From assembly GCA_004431415.1 (NCBI GenBank), contig QPMI01000036.1, positions 186,001-250,000 on the forward strand: DNA of 64,000 nucleotides, written 5' to 3'. The notes under the pieces were generated by a model, which saw only the letters and a list, made by a program, of their open reading frames with translations, was not told the origin of the DNA and searched no databases. This document shows, piece after piece, positions 11,172 through 22,327 of the stretch. Both the position numbers and the translations under genes were made by a program. This stretch comes from Cyanophora paradoxa CCMP329 (taxonomy: Eukaryota > Plantae > Glaucophyta). Numbering within the stretch: the first letter of the stretch is position 1; each line of letters starts with the position of its first letter.

Positions 11172-12310
11172 GTCGGGCCAGACCGTCCGGCGCGGGGCAG
11201 GGTACGCAAAAGCGTTCTCGCGGTCCGACCAGGTCGGACCGCGGGGCCGGGAGTACGCGGATTTCGAACCAAAGCGCCGATTGCTCCCCGGAGGGAGGGG
11301 TGAGGTTGCACGGGGGTAGCAATTGGCGCAGCGTCGGTCGCGGACGGTCCGCCGGCGCCGGTGCGAAATCCGCGTACTCCCGGCAGACCAAGCTAGCCTG
11401 GCAAGCCTCGTTAGCGCTAGCTTCGCGTACCCACTATCTATCACATAACCCGTAGTACTAGTACGGTACCGGTAGCTAAGCTATCCCAGCTATATATCCC
11501 GCTCAGCAGCGGCTGGACAGTGTTGACGTCGACGTACGCGTCGACTAGTACTCCCCTCACGCACGGTGCGCCCCGGTCGTGTGTGCCGTGCGTGAGGCGA
11601 AGGCCTCCCGTTACAAAAGCGCTTTATCCGGCGGCCGCCGCCTCCTCGCGCTCCAAGCGGTGGTCCGCGATCCGCGCGTCCGACGGTCGGGCCTCAATGG
11701 TAGCCTCGCCGAAAGCCAAAACGAGCTCGAGCCAAACGAACAGCAGCTGCAGCAGCAACAACGAAAGCGATGCGGGCTCTCCTCCTCGCCGCGCTGGCGC
11801 TTGCGGCCGCGCTCCTCGTCGCGCAGCCGGCCCTAGCTGGCGGCCACAGCACCCGGTGACCAACGCACAGACTCCTCGCTCAAATTGAAGCATGCGTCGG
11901 TGGCACGTGCGTTCCCACAGGCGGAGGTGGAGGCCAGGGCTGTACAAGCAACTCCCAGTGCTGGCCCCTGATCTGCGACACCATCGCCACGACCTGCGCA
12001 TCGTGCCGTGACCGAGCGCCAGCCCGAGCCGCACGCCCTCGCCCAGCGCCAGCCCGTCGCCCTCTCCCTCGCCCTCGCCCTCGGCCACGCCCTCGCCCAG
12101 CGCGACGCCGGCCGCGACGCCGACCGCGAGCACGTCCCCGAGCCCCTCGCCCACCGCCGCGGTGACCCCCCCCCTCCCCCCCCCTCCCCCCCGCCCCTTC
12201 CGCGGGGCGTGCGACTCGGGGCGGGGGCGGGGCCCGGGGCAGCCGACGAGGGTCCTGGACCTCGCCTTCCTCCGCATCGCCGGCCTCGTCGTGCGCCCCT
12301 CTCCGCCCGC
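10615..12310. repeat. Segmental duplication copy 2
   Basis: See copy 1. The 91-bp deletion is at ~12006, at a GC microhomology. Confidence 0.97.
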
Positions 12311-13094
12311 CCCGCCGCCACCCGCCCACCCGCCCCCGGCCCGCCCCGCAGGCGGACCTCGCGAACCTCACCGCCTCCGGCAAGGCCGTCGTCCAGAGCG
12401 TGCGCCCCCGCCCCCCCTCGATCGAAGACGTCGAGGGCGGTCGCCCGCGCTGGATGCGAGGGGCGGTCTGACGGGTGGGGCAGGACGGCTCCGTGCGCGT
12501 GGCCATCGACGCCCCCCTCTAGAACGCCGTCCAGGGCGGCGGCGACGCCGTCTTCCGCATCGCCGGCAGCGGCTTCCCCGTGCTTGCTGCCCCCGGCCCC
12601 GCCCCCGTGCTCCCCGCCCGACGCCCGCTGCAGGTCGGCGAGAAGATCGCCGTCTTCATCGTCAACCCCGGTGCGTGTACCCCCTCTGTTCGGCTCTCGA
12701 CGGCTGACGCCTCGGCAGCGACGGGGGAGTCCCGCCAGGCCCCCTACGCGGAGATCACCTCCGCCGGAGAAATTCAGTTCAGTGCGCGCCTCTCCGGGCC
12801 CTTCCGCCTTCCCTCCTGGCTCTGAGATGTCGCAGCCGCGCCCAGCTTCGCGCGCCGCGCGCTGCAGGCGATGGCCGCCAACACGCCCTACGACGTCCGC
12901 ATCGTCTTCGTGAACGGGGGGTACGTCACCCTCGTCCTCGGCGGGGTGCGCCACCGTACCTTTCCTTCTATCCCGATCTCCGCCCCACCTCCCCTTGAGA
13001 CCCTCCGCAGGTCTTCCGCTGGGTCAGCGTCGCCGCGACCAACTCGGTGCCTTACTACCCGAACGCCGCCGCCGCCGCCGCCCAGGTGCTTTAG
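11770..13094 (+). pseudogene. Secreted Cys-rich/Ser-Pro-rich surface glycoprotein with C-terminal beta-rich domain, frameshifted
   Basis: Signal peptide MRALLLAALALAAALLVAQPALA. The 91-bp deletion removes half the Cys domain and shifts frame. Downstream exons include PTRVLDLAFLRIAGLV, VGEKIAVFIVNP, PYDVRIVFVNGGYVTLVLGG and VFRWVSVAATNSVPYYP…*. Confidence 0.55.
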
Positions 13095-14000
13095 GCCTCT
13101 CGAGTCGCTCAGCTCTGGCGAATCGCTGAGCCAGGCCGCAGGGCGCCGGCTTCCTGGCGTCCATCCTCGGCGCCCTCGTAGCGGGCGCGCTGGCCCTCTG
13201 CTGAAGGAAGTCGCGTTCCCGTACATGATTCTGCCGCAGTGCTGCCTGCATAAACCCTTTGAAAGCACCCTTGTTTCGCTGCGTTTTTCGCATTTAAAGA
13301 TTTTTTTGGCTCTAAGTTTCGCATAAGTTCGCTTAGTGCTTCCGTTTCATTTTTGCAGCGAGACAGCTGTCAGTAAACCTTACATGTACAGCTGCAGCTG
13401 CAGCTATAGCTATAGCTATAGATGATTATTTTTGCATGTGCAAATGCATTGTGCCTGCAGGCGCAATTTATAGCGAGGATAAATAGAATAAATACATCCT
13501 GAATGATCATGATCGTGCCACGGTGAACGATCGACAAGTTCGGCCGCGGATCTTGCGCTAAAAAGCCTGCCGCTGGCCGCTGAGCCTCGGAGCCTCGAAA
13601 ATCCCGGACTCCATGCTCGCCGAGTCGGGAAGCACGTCACTGCCAGGCTGCCACGCGGCTGATCATGCCATGATGACTCATGATCAGTGAAAGCCACAAA
13701 AACTTGGAATCTAAGAGTTACTGAGTTCGAATGAATTCCGGATCCGGCCCAGCCTGGCCCATGGCAGCGCTCATGATTTGCCACCGAGCGGCCCGGCCCG
13801 GCCGCGGCTCAAATCTAGAGCCGAGATCCGATGATCTAGACTCTGAGATCTTGATTTAAATTCTACCCCGGCCTGCCCCCGTTGCGAGCCTGATCACTGA
13901 GTCATGAGGCTCAGCGGCTCATGATCGTAATCAATCGGATATCGATCCCAGGGGAGGGGATGGCAGGCGCGGCGGGGGAGCCTTGCCCTGCGAAGCGGCT

Positions 14001-15333
14001 CTAGAGCTCCCCGGAGGGCTCCTCGGGGGCGGCCTCGGGCGCGGCGGCCGCCCCGGGCCCCGCCGGCGCCTTGCTGCGGGCGGGGCGGGGGGGCGGGCCC
14101 AGCGGGCGGTGACGTAGCGGACGGGCCGGTCGGGGCGGGCGGGTCCCACGCGCAGAGGAGGGCGGCCTTGCGGACGGCGCCGCTGAGGCGGGCGGCGGCG
14201 ACGAGCTCGCGGGCCGCAGGGGCAGCGGGGCCCCCGCGGGGCACGCGACCGCCACCGCCACGAACGACGCGTGGCACAGCGACGGCTCCCCTGCCCCCCG
14301 CCCCGCCCCGCTCAGCTCCGCTCCGCCCGCTCAGCCCGCGCCGCCCCCACAGCGGCCCCGCCGCGCGGCGCACCGGGGTACACGAGGAAGTCGCCCCCGA
14401 ACTTGGTGCCGGGGGTGAGGGCGTACCCCCGGTCGCGCAGGTCGGAGTAGACGGCCCAGCGCACCCCGCTCGGCGCCACCGCCCGCCCCGCGAGCGGCGC
14501 ATCCGCCTGCGCGAGCGTCGGAGGCGCCGCCGGCGGGGCGGAGATGGGGCGAGGGTCGCACGGGACCCCGCCAGTCGGGGCACGTCCGCTCGCACGCGAC
14601 CGCGACGCGCGTGAAGGTGCCCCCGCGCCCCTCCCCCGCCCCGGGCCCCGGCCCCGTCCGCTCCCGCTTCGCCGACGGCTCCTCCTCCGCCGGCGCCGCT
14701 GCCGGGGGCGGCTCGGGGCTGCTGGCGGAGGCGGGGCCCCTTCGGCCTCGCGGCGCTGGCGGCGGAGCTGCTGCTTGCGGGCCGCCTCGTCGGCGCGCAC
14801 GGCGCGGTAGTAGGCCGCGTTCTCCTCCTTCTGCCGCGCCGACTCCGCCGCCTGCCGCGCCCACTCCGCGGCGCGCGCCTCGCGGAAGGCGGCCGCCTCG
14901 GCCGGCGAGGGCGCCGGGGCCGCCCCCGCGTCGTCGCGCAGGCGCGCCCAGCCGCGCTCCGCGCACAGGCGCGCCTCCTCCGGCGTCAACCGCAGCGGCA
15001 GGCGGCCCTGCACGCTCGAGGCGCCCGCCGCGGCGCCCTTCCTCGCCGCCTGCGGGGGCACGCCGGCGAGGGCGCCCACGACGCCCCGCCGGAAGCGCAG
15101 CACGCCGGCGTCTGCGGCCTCGTCAGCCGCGCTCGGGCGTGTGCGGGGGCCGCGGGCGCGCCCTCGTGGCTCCAGACGAGGACCTCGCCGCCCAGCGCGT
15201 ACGCGTCCACCACAGGGATCGGGTCCTCGGGCCCGCCCGGGCCGGCGCGCTGCGCGGGGCCCTCCGGGTCGTCGATCCCCTCCACAATCACGTATCCGTT
15301 GAGCAGGTCGCGCTCGATCGCCCCCGCAGCCAT
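14001..15333 (-). CDS. TSEN34: tRNA-splicing endonuclease catalytic subunit Sen34
   Basis: LRFRRGVVGALAG…LPLRLTPEEARL, VYSDLRDRGYALTPGTKFGGDFLVYPG…HASF and LVAAARLSGAVRKAALL. The 3' end is approximate. Confidence 0.88.
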
Positions 15334-15902
15334 CCTCCAGCGCCCGCGCGCCCGATGCGCTTGGGGGTCCCGCCGAACGCGCCTCCCGCGGTTCTAACGC
15401 GTGCGCAACGTGAACAGAAACTGCAATGACCCGTGTGCGGCGTCGCAGCTCGCTCCGCGACCTTTTTCGAACCGCAGCGCCGAAATAGAGGGGGAGGAAG
15501 CCCGGGGCCCTACACGATTTTCCCGGAGGCTCCTAGCCGTGTCGATCGGAGTTCGCAGGCGGTCTCTGCGCTCGTTCTCGCAGCAGACAGCGGTATCGTC
15601 CCAGCTCGCTGAAGCCGGTCGCTAAAGCGGGTCGACCTTCGCGCCCTCACTACGCTGGCTACGGTCGAAGTACCTGCCGGCAAGCTCGTCCGTTTCGAAG
15701 CGGTCGGCACCAGCATTCGCCAAATCCGGACGTGCAGCGAGTGCAGCAGCGCTTCACCTTCTTTTAACGCTAGGAGAAGCCCCGGCTGCCTCGCTCGGGA
15801 GCGCGACGTGTGAGGACCGGCTCCTGGTACTTTGTGCACGAAAGCGGCCTCGGCGGCGGAGGAGGTGGTGGGCGCAGAGGACGCGCGCTTAGAGAGCACT
15901 CA

Positions 15903-16551
15903 AATGGGTCGTTGCTTCGCGACGAGCGGCGCGTCGGCACCGGGTTCGTGTTGAGCGCGCTGGGCTCCTAGCCCCGACCACGGCGTCTGAGAGCCGTCGC
16001 AGGCTGCTCGCCGGCCAACACGAACCAGTGGGAAGCGGCCGACGCGCTCTCTTGCTGGGCGAAGGGAGGCCTCTTCTTCCAGCAGGAGGAGGCGGGGTCC
16101 TGCTTCTGCAACCCGGGCCACAGGAGCGGCTGGTCGGCCGCCGACGCCGTCGCAATACAGTCCGTGCCGGAGGGCCCGAAGGACGTTCCGCCGCCGGAGC
16201 CGCCGCTGCAGGTGCGCCGCCGCGGCGCGTCGCGCCTGCGCGCCGGCCGCGCGGGGACCAAACGTGCCTGCCTCGCAGGGCGGCCTGGGGGCCTTCTCGG
16301 ACTGGAGCCCGCTGGGGCCGAGCGCGGCGGCGGGGCCCGGCGGCTTCGTGGACTGGAGCCCGCTGGACAGCGGGGCGCTGAAGGGGTGGAAGGACTGGAG
16401 CCCCGCGGAGGAGGAAGAGGAGGTGGCGGAGGCGGGGAGCGTGGGGGACGGGTACGCGGCGCTGGACGATGCGGACCTCGAGGGGGAGCCGCTGGGCCTC
16501 GAGGCGCCCCTCGCCGACGACCTCGCCCCCGAGCCCGACGCCTTCGCCTGA
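15903..16551 (+). CDS. Hypothetical protein: Cys/Trp-containing N-part, three DWSP repeats, acidic tail
   Basis: Two clean GT-AG introns join MGRCFATSGASAPG, CSPANTNQWEAADALSCWAKGG…SCFCNPG and …FSDWSPL…FVDWSPL…WKDWSPAEEEEE…*. Start uncertain. Confidence 0.5.
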
Positions 16552-16762
16552 CCCCCGGCGCCCCCCGGCCCCGTCCCCCGGCCCCGTCCCACGGCCGCTG
16601 CCCCATCCATACCGATCTGTAGCGCTTAGGCAGGCAGGTCATTATCTATCATAGTATGCAAGAGTACGAAGTAAATAATATCGAGGTCCTTCTTTGATCA
16701 TCTGTTCCACGGCTCCTGCCTGGGGGACATGCGGGGAGGGGCGGGGCCCGAGGCGCGGGGCG

Positions 16763-19700
16763 CTATCGGTTGAAGGAGCTGCGGCGGGCGGGGGCGGGGG
16801 CGACGCCCCAGCCGTGCCCGCCCCCGCCGGGGCTCTCGGCGAAGCTGAGGGGCTTCCGGGCGGGGGAGGCGGAGCGGGAGCGGGCGCGGGGGGGCTCGGG
16901 GGAGGGGCGCTGGAGGGCCCGGGCGCTCCCCTCGCGCAGGCTCCGCGCGCTCCCGCCCGCTCCGAGGCCCGCGCCCTGCGCCCCGCGTCGGCCCCAGCGG
17001 CGCGGCGGGGCGGGGCGCGGGGCGCGGGCGGGGCGGACCGCATGAGCTCGATGCGGTGGCGGAGGTCGGCGGGGGAGTAGAGCTGGAAGGCGGGGAGGGC
17101 GCGGGGTGCGACGAGGGTCTGGAGGCCGATGTACCACGAGACGAGCGCCGCCTCGCTCGGCGCGCAGAGGTCCACCGTCCGGTTCGGGAAGTGTAGTGAG
17201 AAGCAGAGCCACTCGTGGTCCCGCCCGGGCTCCCGCCTGCCCCGCCCCGTCACGCCGGCCACCGCGGCGAGGGCGCGCGGGGCGGGCGTCGCACCGCTCG
17301 AAGGAGCGGCTGCCGAAGGGCCCGTGCGTGAGGCCGACGATGTCGTCGACCTCGGCTGCCGCCCCGCGTCGGCCCCCGGGGCGCGGGGCGGGGCGGGGCG
17401 GGGCGGGGCCGGGGTACCGGAGGAGGTGAGGCGGCGGGAGGCGGGGTCGCCCCAGCGGACGCGGCGGGGCGGCCCGTTGTCGAGGACGAGCCAGCGCGTC
17501 ACCCGCCGCATCGTCGTGAACGCGAACTTCGTCATCACCGTCCTGCCCCGCCCCCCTCAGCCGCCCGGTCCGGCCCCGCCCCTCGCAGCTCGAAGGCGCG
17601 CACCCGCGCATCATGCGCTGCACCATCGCGCGGTGGTCCCCTTCGGGGGAGTAGGGCGGCGGGGCCGGCTCCTCGCCGGGCGCGGGGGCGGGGGCGGGGC
17701 CCTCCTCGGCGAGGGGCCCCTCCTCGTGCTGGAGGAAGCGGAGGCGCTTGCGGGCGTGGCTCGCGCTCAGCGGCGGTGTCCCCGCCCGCAGCGCGTCCAC
17801 GCTGTGCCGCCCCGTCGCCCCCCGCAGCGCGCTCCGCCGCGGCCCGCCGGCCCCCGCCCCGCCGCCCCGCGACCTCGGGCCGGCCGGCTCGCTCCGCACC
17901 GAGCGCGGGCTCTGCGCCCCGCATCGGACTCTCGTGGCCGGGGCGGGGGCCGGGCGGGGGCCGGGGCGGGGCGGCGCACGGGGCCTCGTCGTCGTCGTCG
18001 TCCTCGTCGCGGGGCCCGGCGGGCCCCCGAGGGTCGGCACCGGCGCCCCGAAGTGCTCCGCGCTGAACCGGTGCGTCTCCCGCGGCTCCCGCGCCCGCCC
18101 CCGCGACCCTGCCGCCCCCTCGCCTCCTCCCCAGGGGCGGGGCGCGGGCCGGCGCGCACCGACGGAGGCGGCGTCTGAGGCGTCGTAGTCCGGCGACGGG
18201 CTCCAGCCCCGCGCCGGCGGTGGTGGTGGTGGTGGCGGCGGCGGGCCGGCGAACGTCCCCGCACCCGCGGTGAAGCCCTGGGGCAGGAGGGACGCCGCCG
18301 GCTGGCTGAAGAGGCTGCCCGTGTCATCCGCCGGCGGTTGGGCGGGGACAGGCGGCAGGGGGCGGTAGGTCGGGCGGGGCGGGACAGGGGGCGGCTGGGC
18401 GGAGGGCGGAGGTGCGGGGGCGGGGGCGATGGGGGCGAGGAAGGGGGAGGGGGCGGGGGGCGGGGGCGTCGGGGAGGAGCGGAAGGCGGCGGCGGCGTAG
18501 CGGGAGACGTAGGGCTCGTGCGGGGGCGAGGGCGGGGGCCCGGCGGGGGCGCGGAGGGTGCCGGGGGAGGAGGCGGCGGCGAGGGCGAGGGCGAGGGTCG
18601 CCCGGCTCGCCGCCACCGCGTCGATCTCCGCGTCCACCTCCACCGCCTGCGCACCGTCAGCCTCCGCGGGGCCGGGGCGGGGGGGGTGGGGGGCGGGGCG
18701 GGGCGGGGCGGACGCGGGGCGGGAGGGGAGGGCGGCGGCGGCGAGGGCGGCGGCGAGGGCGCGGGCCTTCTCGCGGAGGAGCTCCCCCTCCCGCTCCGCC
18801 GCCCGCAGCGCCTCCCCCAGCGCCCCCAGCTGCCCCGCGGCGCGCTGCGCCTGCAGCCGCTTCTCGTGCAGCTCCTCGCCCCGCACCGCCGCCAGCTCCT
18901 CGAGCTTCGCCATGCGCCCCCGCCACGCCCCGAACGCCTCCCGCACCCGCACCGCCTCCTCCACCCCTGCGCCCGCCTCGGACGGGCCCGGCAGGGCGGG
19001 GCGGGGGCGGGGCGGGGCGGGGCGGGCCTCGGCGAGGGCGGCGGCGTTGGCCTCGAGGGCGGCGAGGCGGGCGGCGAGCTGGCCGGCCTCCTCGCGCACC
19101 CCGGCGAGCCGGTCGGCGCGCCGCGCGATCTCCCCCGCCGCCTCCGCCACCCCCTCGATCCGCGCGTCCAGCGCGCTCAGCTTCTCCAGCAGCGTCCCCT
19201 CCTCGCCCTCCCCGTCGCTCTCGGAGCCGGCGTCGCGCTTGGCGGGGGTGGCGTAGGGCGAGGGGTTGGCGCTGCCCCCGCGCGCCGCCTCCTCGAGGGC
19301 GCGGCGGAGGGCGCGCCCGCCCTCCGCCAGCTCCTGCAGGCGGCCCCGCGCCGCCTTCAGCGCCCCCGTCGAGACCCTGCCGTCCCTTCAGCGCGCCCGC
19401 ACGGCGCCGCGGGGCGGGGCGTGCGCACCGAGCGGCCTCGAGCTCGTCGGGGACGGAAGAGCGGGGCGAGGAGCGGGCGGCGTCGTGCTCGGGGTCGGCG
19501 CCCGGGGAGCGGGGGCCCTTGGAGGGGGACGGGGAGCGGGCGCCGAGGCGGTGGAGGCGCTCGACGAGGCGGAAGTTGCGCTCGTTCAGCGCCCGGATCT
19601 CCGCCTCCTGCTCCCGGCAGCGCTCCTCCAGCGCCACGCCGCGCTCCTCCAGCGCCGCGAGGCGGGCGGCGGCCTCGGGGCCCGGGGCGGCGGGCCCGGC

Positions 19701-21868
19701 GAGGAGGGCCTCCTCGTGGGCGGAGCGGGCGAGGCGGTGGAGGTCGCCGGCGAGCTCCTCGCGGCGCGCCTCCAGCGCCGCCGTCTCCTCCCGCAGCTCG
19801 TTGCGCCGCCGCTCCGCCGCCATCGCCTCCCGCCCCAGCCGCACCAGCTCCTCGCGGGCGCGGCGGAGGCGCTCGCGCTCGGCGGCCTCCTCGTCGTGGG
19901 CGGCGGCGTCGGCGGCGCGGCGGCGGGCCTCGAGGGCGGCGACCTCGCGGGCGGCCTCGGCGAGGGTCGCCTGCAGCCGCGCCCGCCGCGCCTCCAGCTC
20001 GTGCAGCTCCTCCCCGCGCCGCTCCACCTCCTCCCGCAGCTGCCCCCTGGCGTCAGGTCCCGCCCCCGCACCACTCCGCACCCTGAGGATGCGCACCCCG
20101 CGGAGGTGGGCGGCGTCGGCGGCGTCGACGGCGGCGCGCGAGGGCGAAGACGCGCTCCGCACCGGTGACGCCCCCTTTGCCCCCGGCCCCGGCGGCGTCC
20201 CGGGCACAGGGGCCGGGGCCGGGCCGGGGCGGGCGCGGGGCCGGGGCCGGGGCGGGGGGCGGGGCCCTGGCGGCGGCGGCGGCGAGGTCGCGGAGGGCGG
20301 CCTCGACGGCGTCGAGGATGCGGGCGCGGCGGGCCTCGAGCTCCCGGACCTCCGCCTCCCGCCGCTCCACCTCCTCCACCAGCTGCCGCCCCCGTCACGC
20401 CCCGCCCCGCCCCGCCGCGCGGGCCTCGGGCGGGGGCGCACGGAGGCGGCGCGGCGGACGGTGTCGCCCTCGCTGCCGGCGGCGCGGGCGAGGGCGGCGG
20501 CGCGCTCCTCGGCGTCCCGCAGCTGGGCCCGTAGCAGCAGCGCCTCCCCCTGCAGCTGCGCCCGCGCCTCCACCTCCGCCACCGCCCGCCGCTCCGCCTC
20601 CGCCGCCGCCGCCTGCGCCTCCCGCGCCTGCGCCTCCTTCCCCGCTGCCCGCTCCCGCGCCCCCTCCAGCTGCCACGTCGCCTCTGCCGCCCGCCGTCGC
20701 TCCGCCGGCCCCGGGGCGGGGCGGGGCGGGGGGCACCGGAGAGGCGCTGCTGGCAGGCGGCGTGCTCGCCGCGCTCGAAGGCGAGCTCCGCCTCCAGCGC
20801 GTCCCGCCGCGCCCCCAGCTGCTTGATCTGCCCCGCCCTCAGGCCCCCGCCCCCTCCAGGGCGCCGGCGGGCGGCGGGGGCGGCGCACCTGCTCGAGGGC
20901 GCCGTCGAGGGCGCGGTGCACCTCGTGCAGGTGCGCGTCCGCGTCCTCCTCCCCGCCCCGCGCCCGCGACAGCTCCTCCCTGCCGCCCGCCCCGCCGCTC
21001 AGGCCCGCCGCGCCGCCCCGCGCCGGCCCCGGGCCGCCGCACTCGAGCCGGTCGCGGTGGAGCTGCGCGCGGGCCTTGTGCTCCGCCTCGCGCTCGATGG
21101 CCGTCACGAGCTCCGCCTCCCGTCGTCTCGCCTGCTCCTGCATCATCGAATTCGCCCTCCGCGCCTCCGCCAGCTCCTGCGGCGCCGGCCGTCAGCCGCA
21201 CCGCCGCCGCGAACGCCGACGCGGGGCCCTCGCCTCCTGCAGCCGCAGCTTCTCGTCCAGCGCGGCCTTCAGCTGCGTCTGCATGCGGCCCATGCGCTCG
21301 TCGAGCAGCCGCTGCGTGTCGTGCACCGCAGACAGCTGCGCGGCCCGTGTTCGAAGGCGCGTGGGGCCGTCGGGCGAGCGGCGGACGCACCACGCGCGAC
21401 TCCGAGGAACGCCTGGTGTGGGAACGTTCGGACTCGCTCGGCAGCGACTCGATGGGCAGCGTGGCTACGGGCGGGTGGCCGCCCAGCAGCGGCTGGCTGA
21501 TCTTCACGAGCTGGTTGAAGTCCTCCACGACCTGGTTGTACAGCGTCTGGTGCACCTGCCGCCCTCTTCCGTGAGCTTTCTGGGGCAGGCAGTAGCGCAG
21601 GCAGCCGGCTGGCAGCCCGCCGCACCCGCAGGGTCGACAGGTCGACCGCGCCATCGTGCCACAGCAGCTCGACCATAGAGTACAGGCCCTGTGCGTCGGA
21701 GAATCATGTACGAGCCTCGACACGCTCATCCGCGGAAGCTAGCCCGCTGCAGCTAGCGCGCCGCTCGCGCACCGGTGCGCGGGTCCTGATGCGCGCCAGG
21801 CATGACCTCCCGTCGCCTCCATCAGCTTCGAACGAGGGCCCGGGGTCCCCCGGAGCGTTCGGCGGCAT
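16763..21868 (-). CDS. Long coiled-coil protein with Pro-rich linker and C-terminal PLC-type PH domain
   Basis: E/R/A-rich heptad exons at 18600-21330. PH-like exons MTKFAFTTMRRVTRWLVL…VRW, IVGLTHGPFGSRSF and WLCFSLHFPNRTVDLCAPSEAALVSWYIGLQTL at 17100-17540. Both ends approximate. Confidence 0.75.
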
Positions 21869-22327
21869 CCAGGCCGTTGCTTCGTTTATTTGCCTGTACC
21901 CGTCCGGCCGGCGCAGCGGTTGCCGCCCAGCAATTCATTGCAACCCGTATTCCAGCCGGCGCCAATTGCAAAGCCATTCAGCTGGTGAACGCATGCAGGC
22001 GCCTCGGTGGGGCCCGACTGGCCGGGAGCTCGAAGTTGGCACCGCGGCGCTAGCGCTGGCGCGCGCCGCGGCACCGCGGCCGGCGGCGCAAGCGCGCATG
22101 CACGAGCCGTAAACAATGTTGGTTTGAAATGAAATCATACCTAAAGCAAGCTACGTGTTGTGCCTAAGCGGGCACAGAATTCGAAGGAAGCGGGAGGGCA
22201 AGGGATGCGTTGGATGGGAAAAGAGTGGCGGGCCTTGAAGAGACCCGATCGCGAGGCGGCGAGACGAGGGGGGGGAGTGGAGGGGCAGATTGGTAGGAGA
22301 GGAGATGGTAGTTTCAGACGGCGGGTG

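Noticed and set aside
1-13910. Autonomous transposon or endogenous virus as the origin of the accessory region
   Set aside because: No transposase, RT, integrase, Rep/helicase or capsid motifs were recognised, and the genes have host-type introns.
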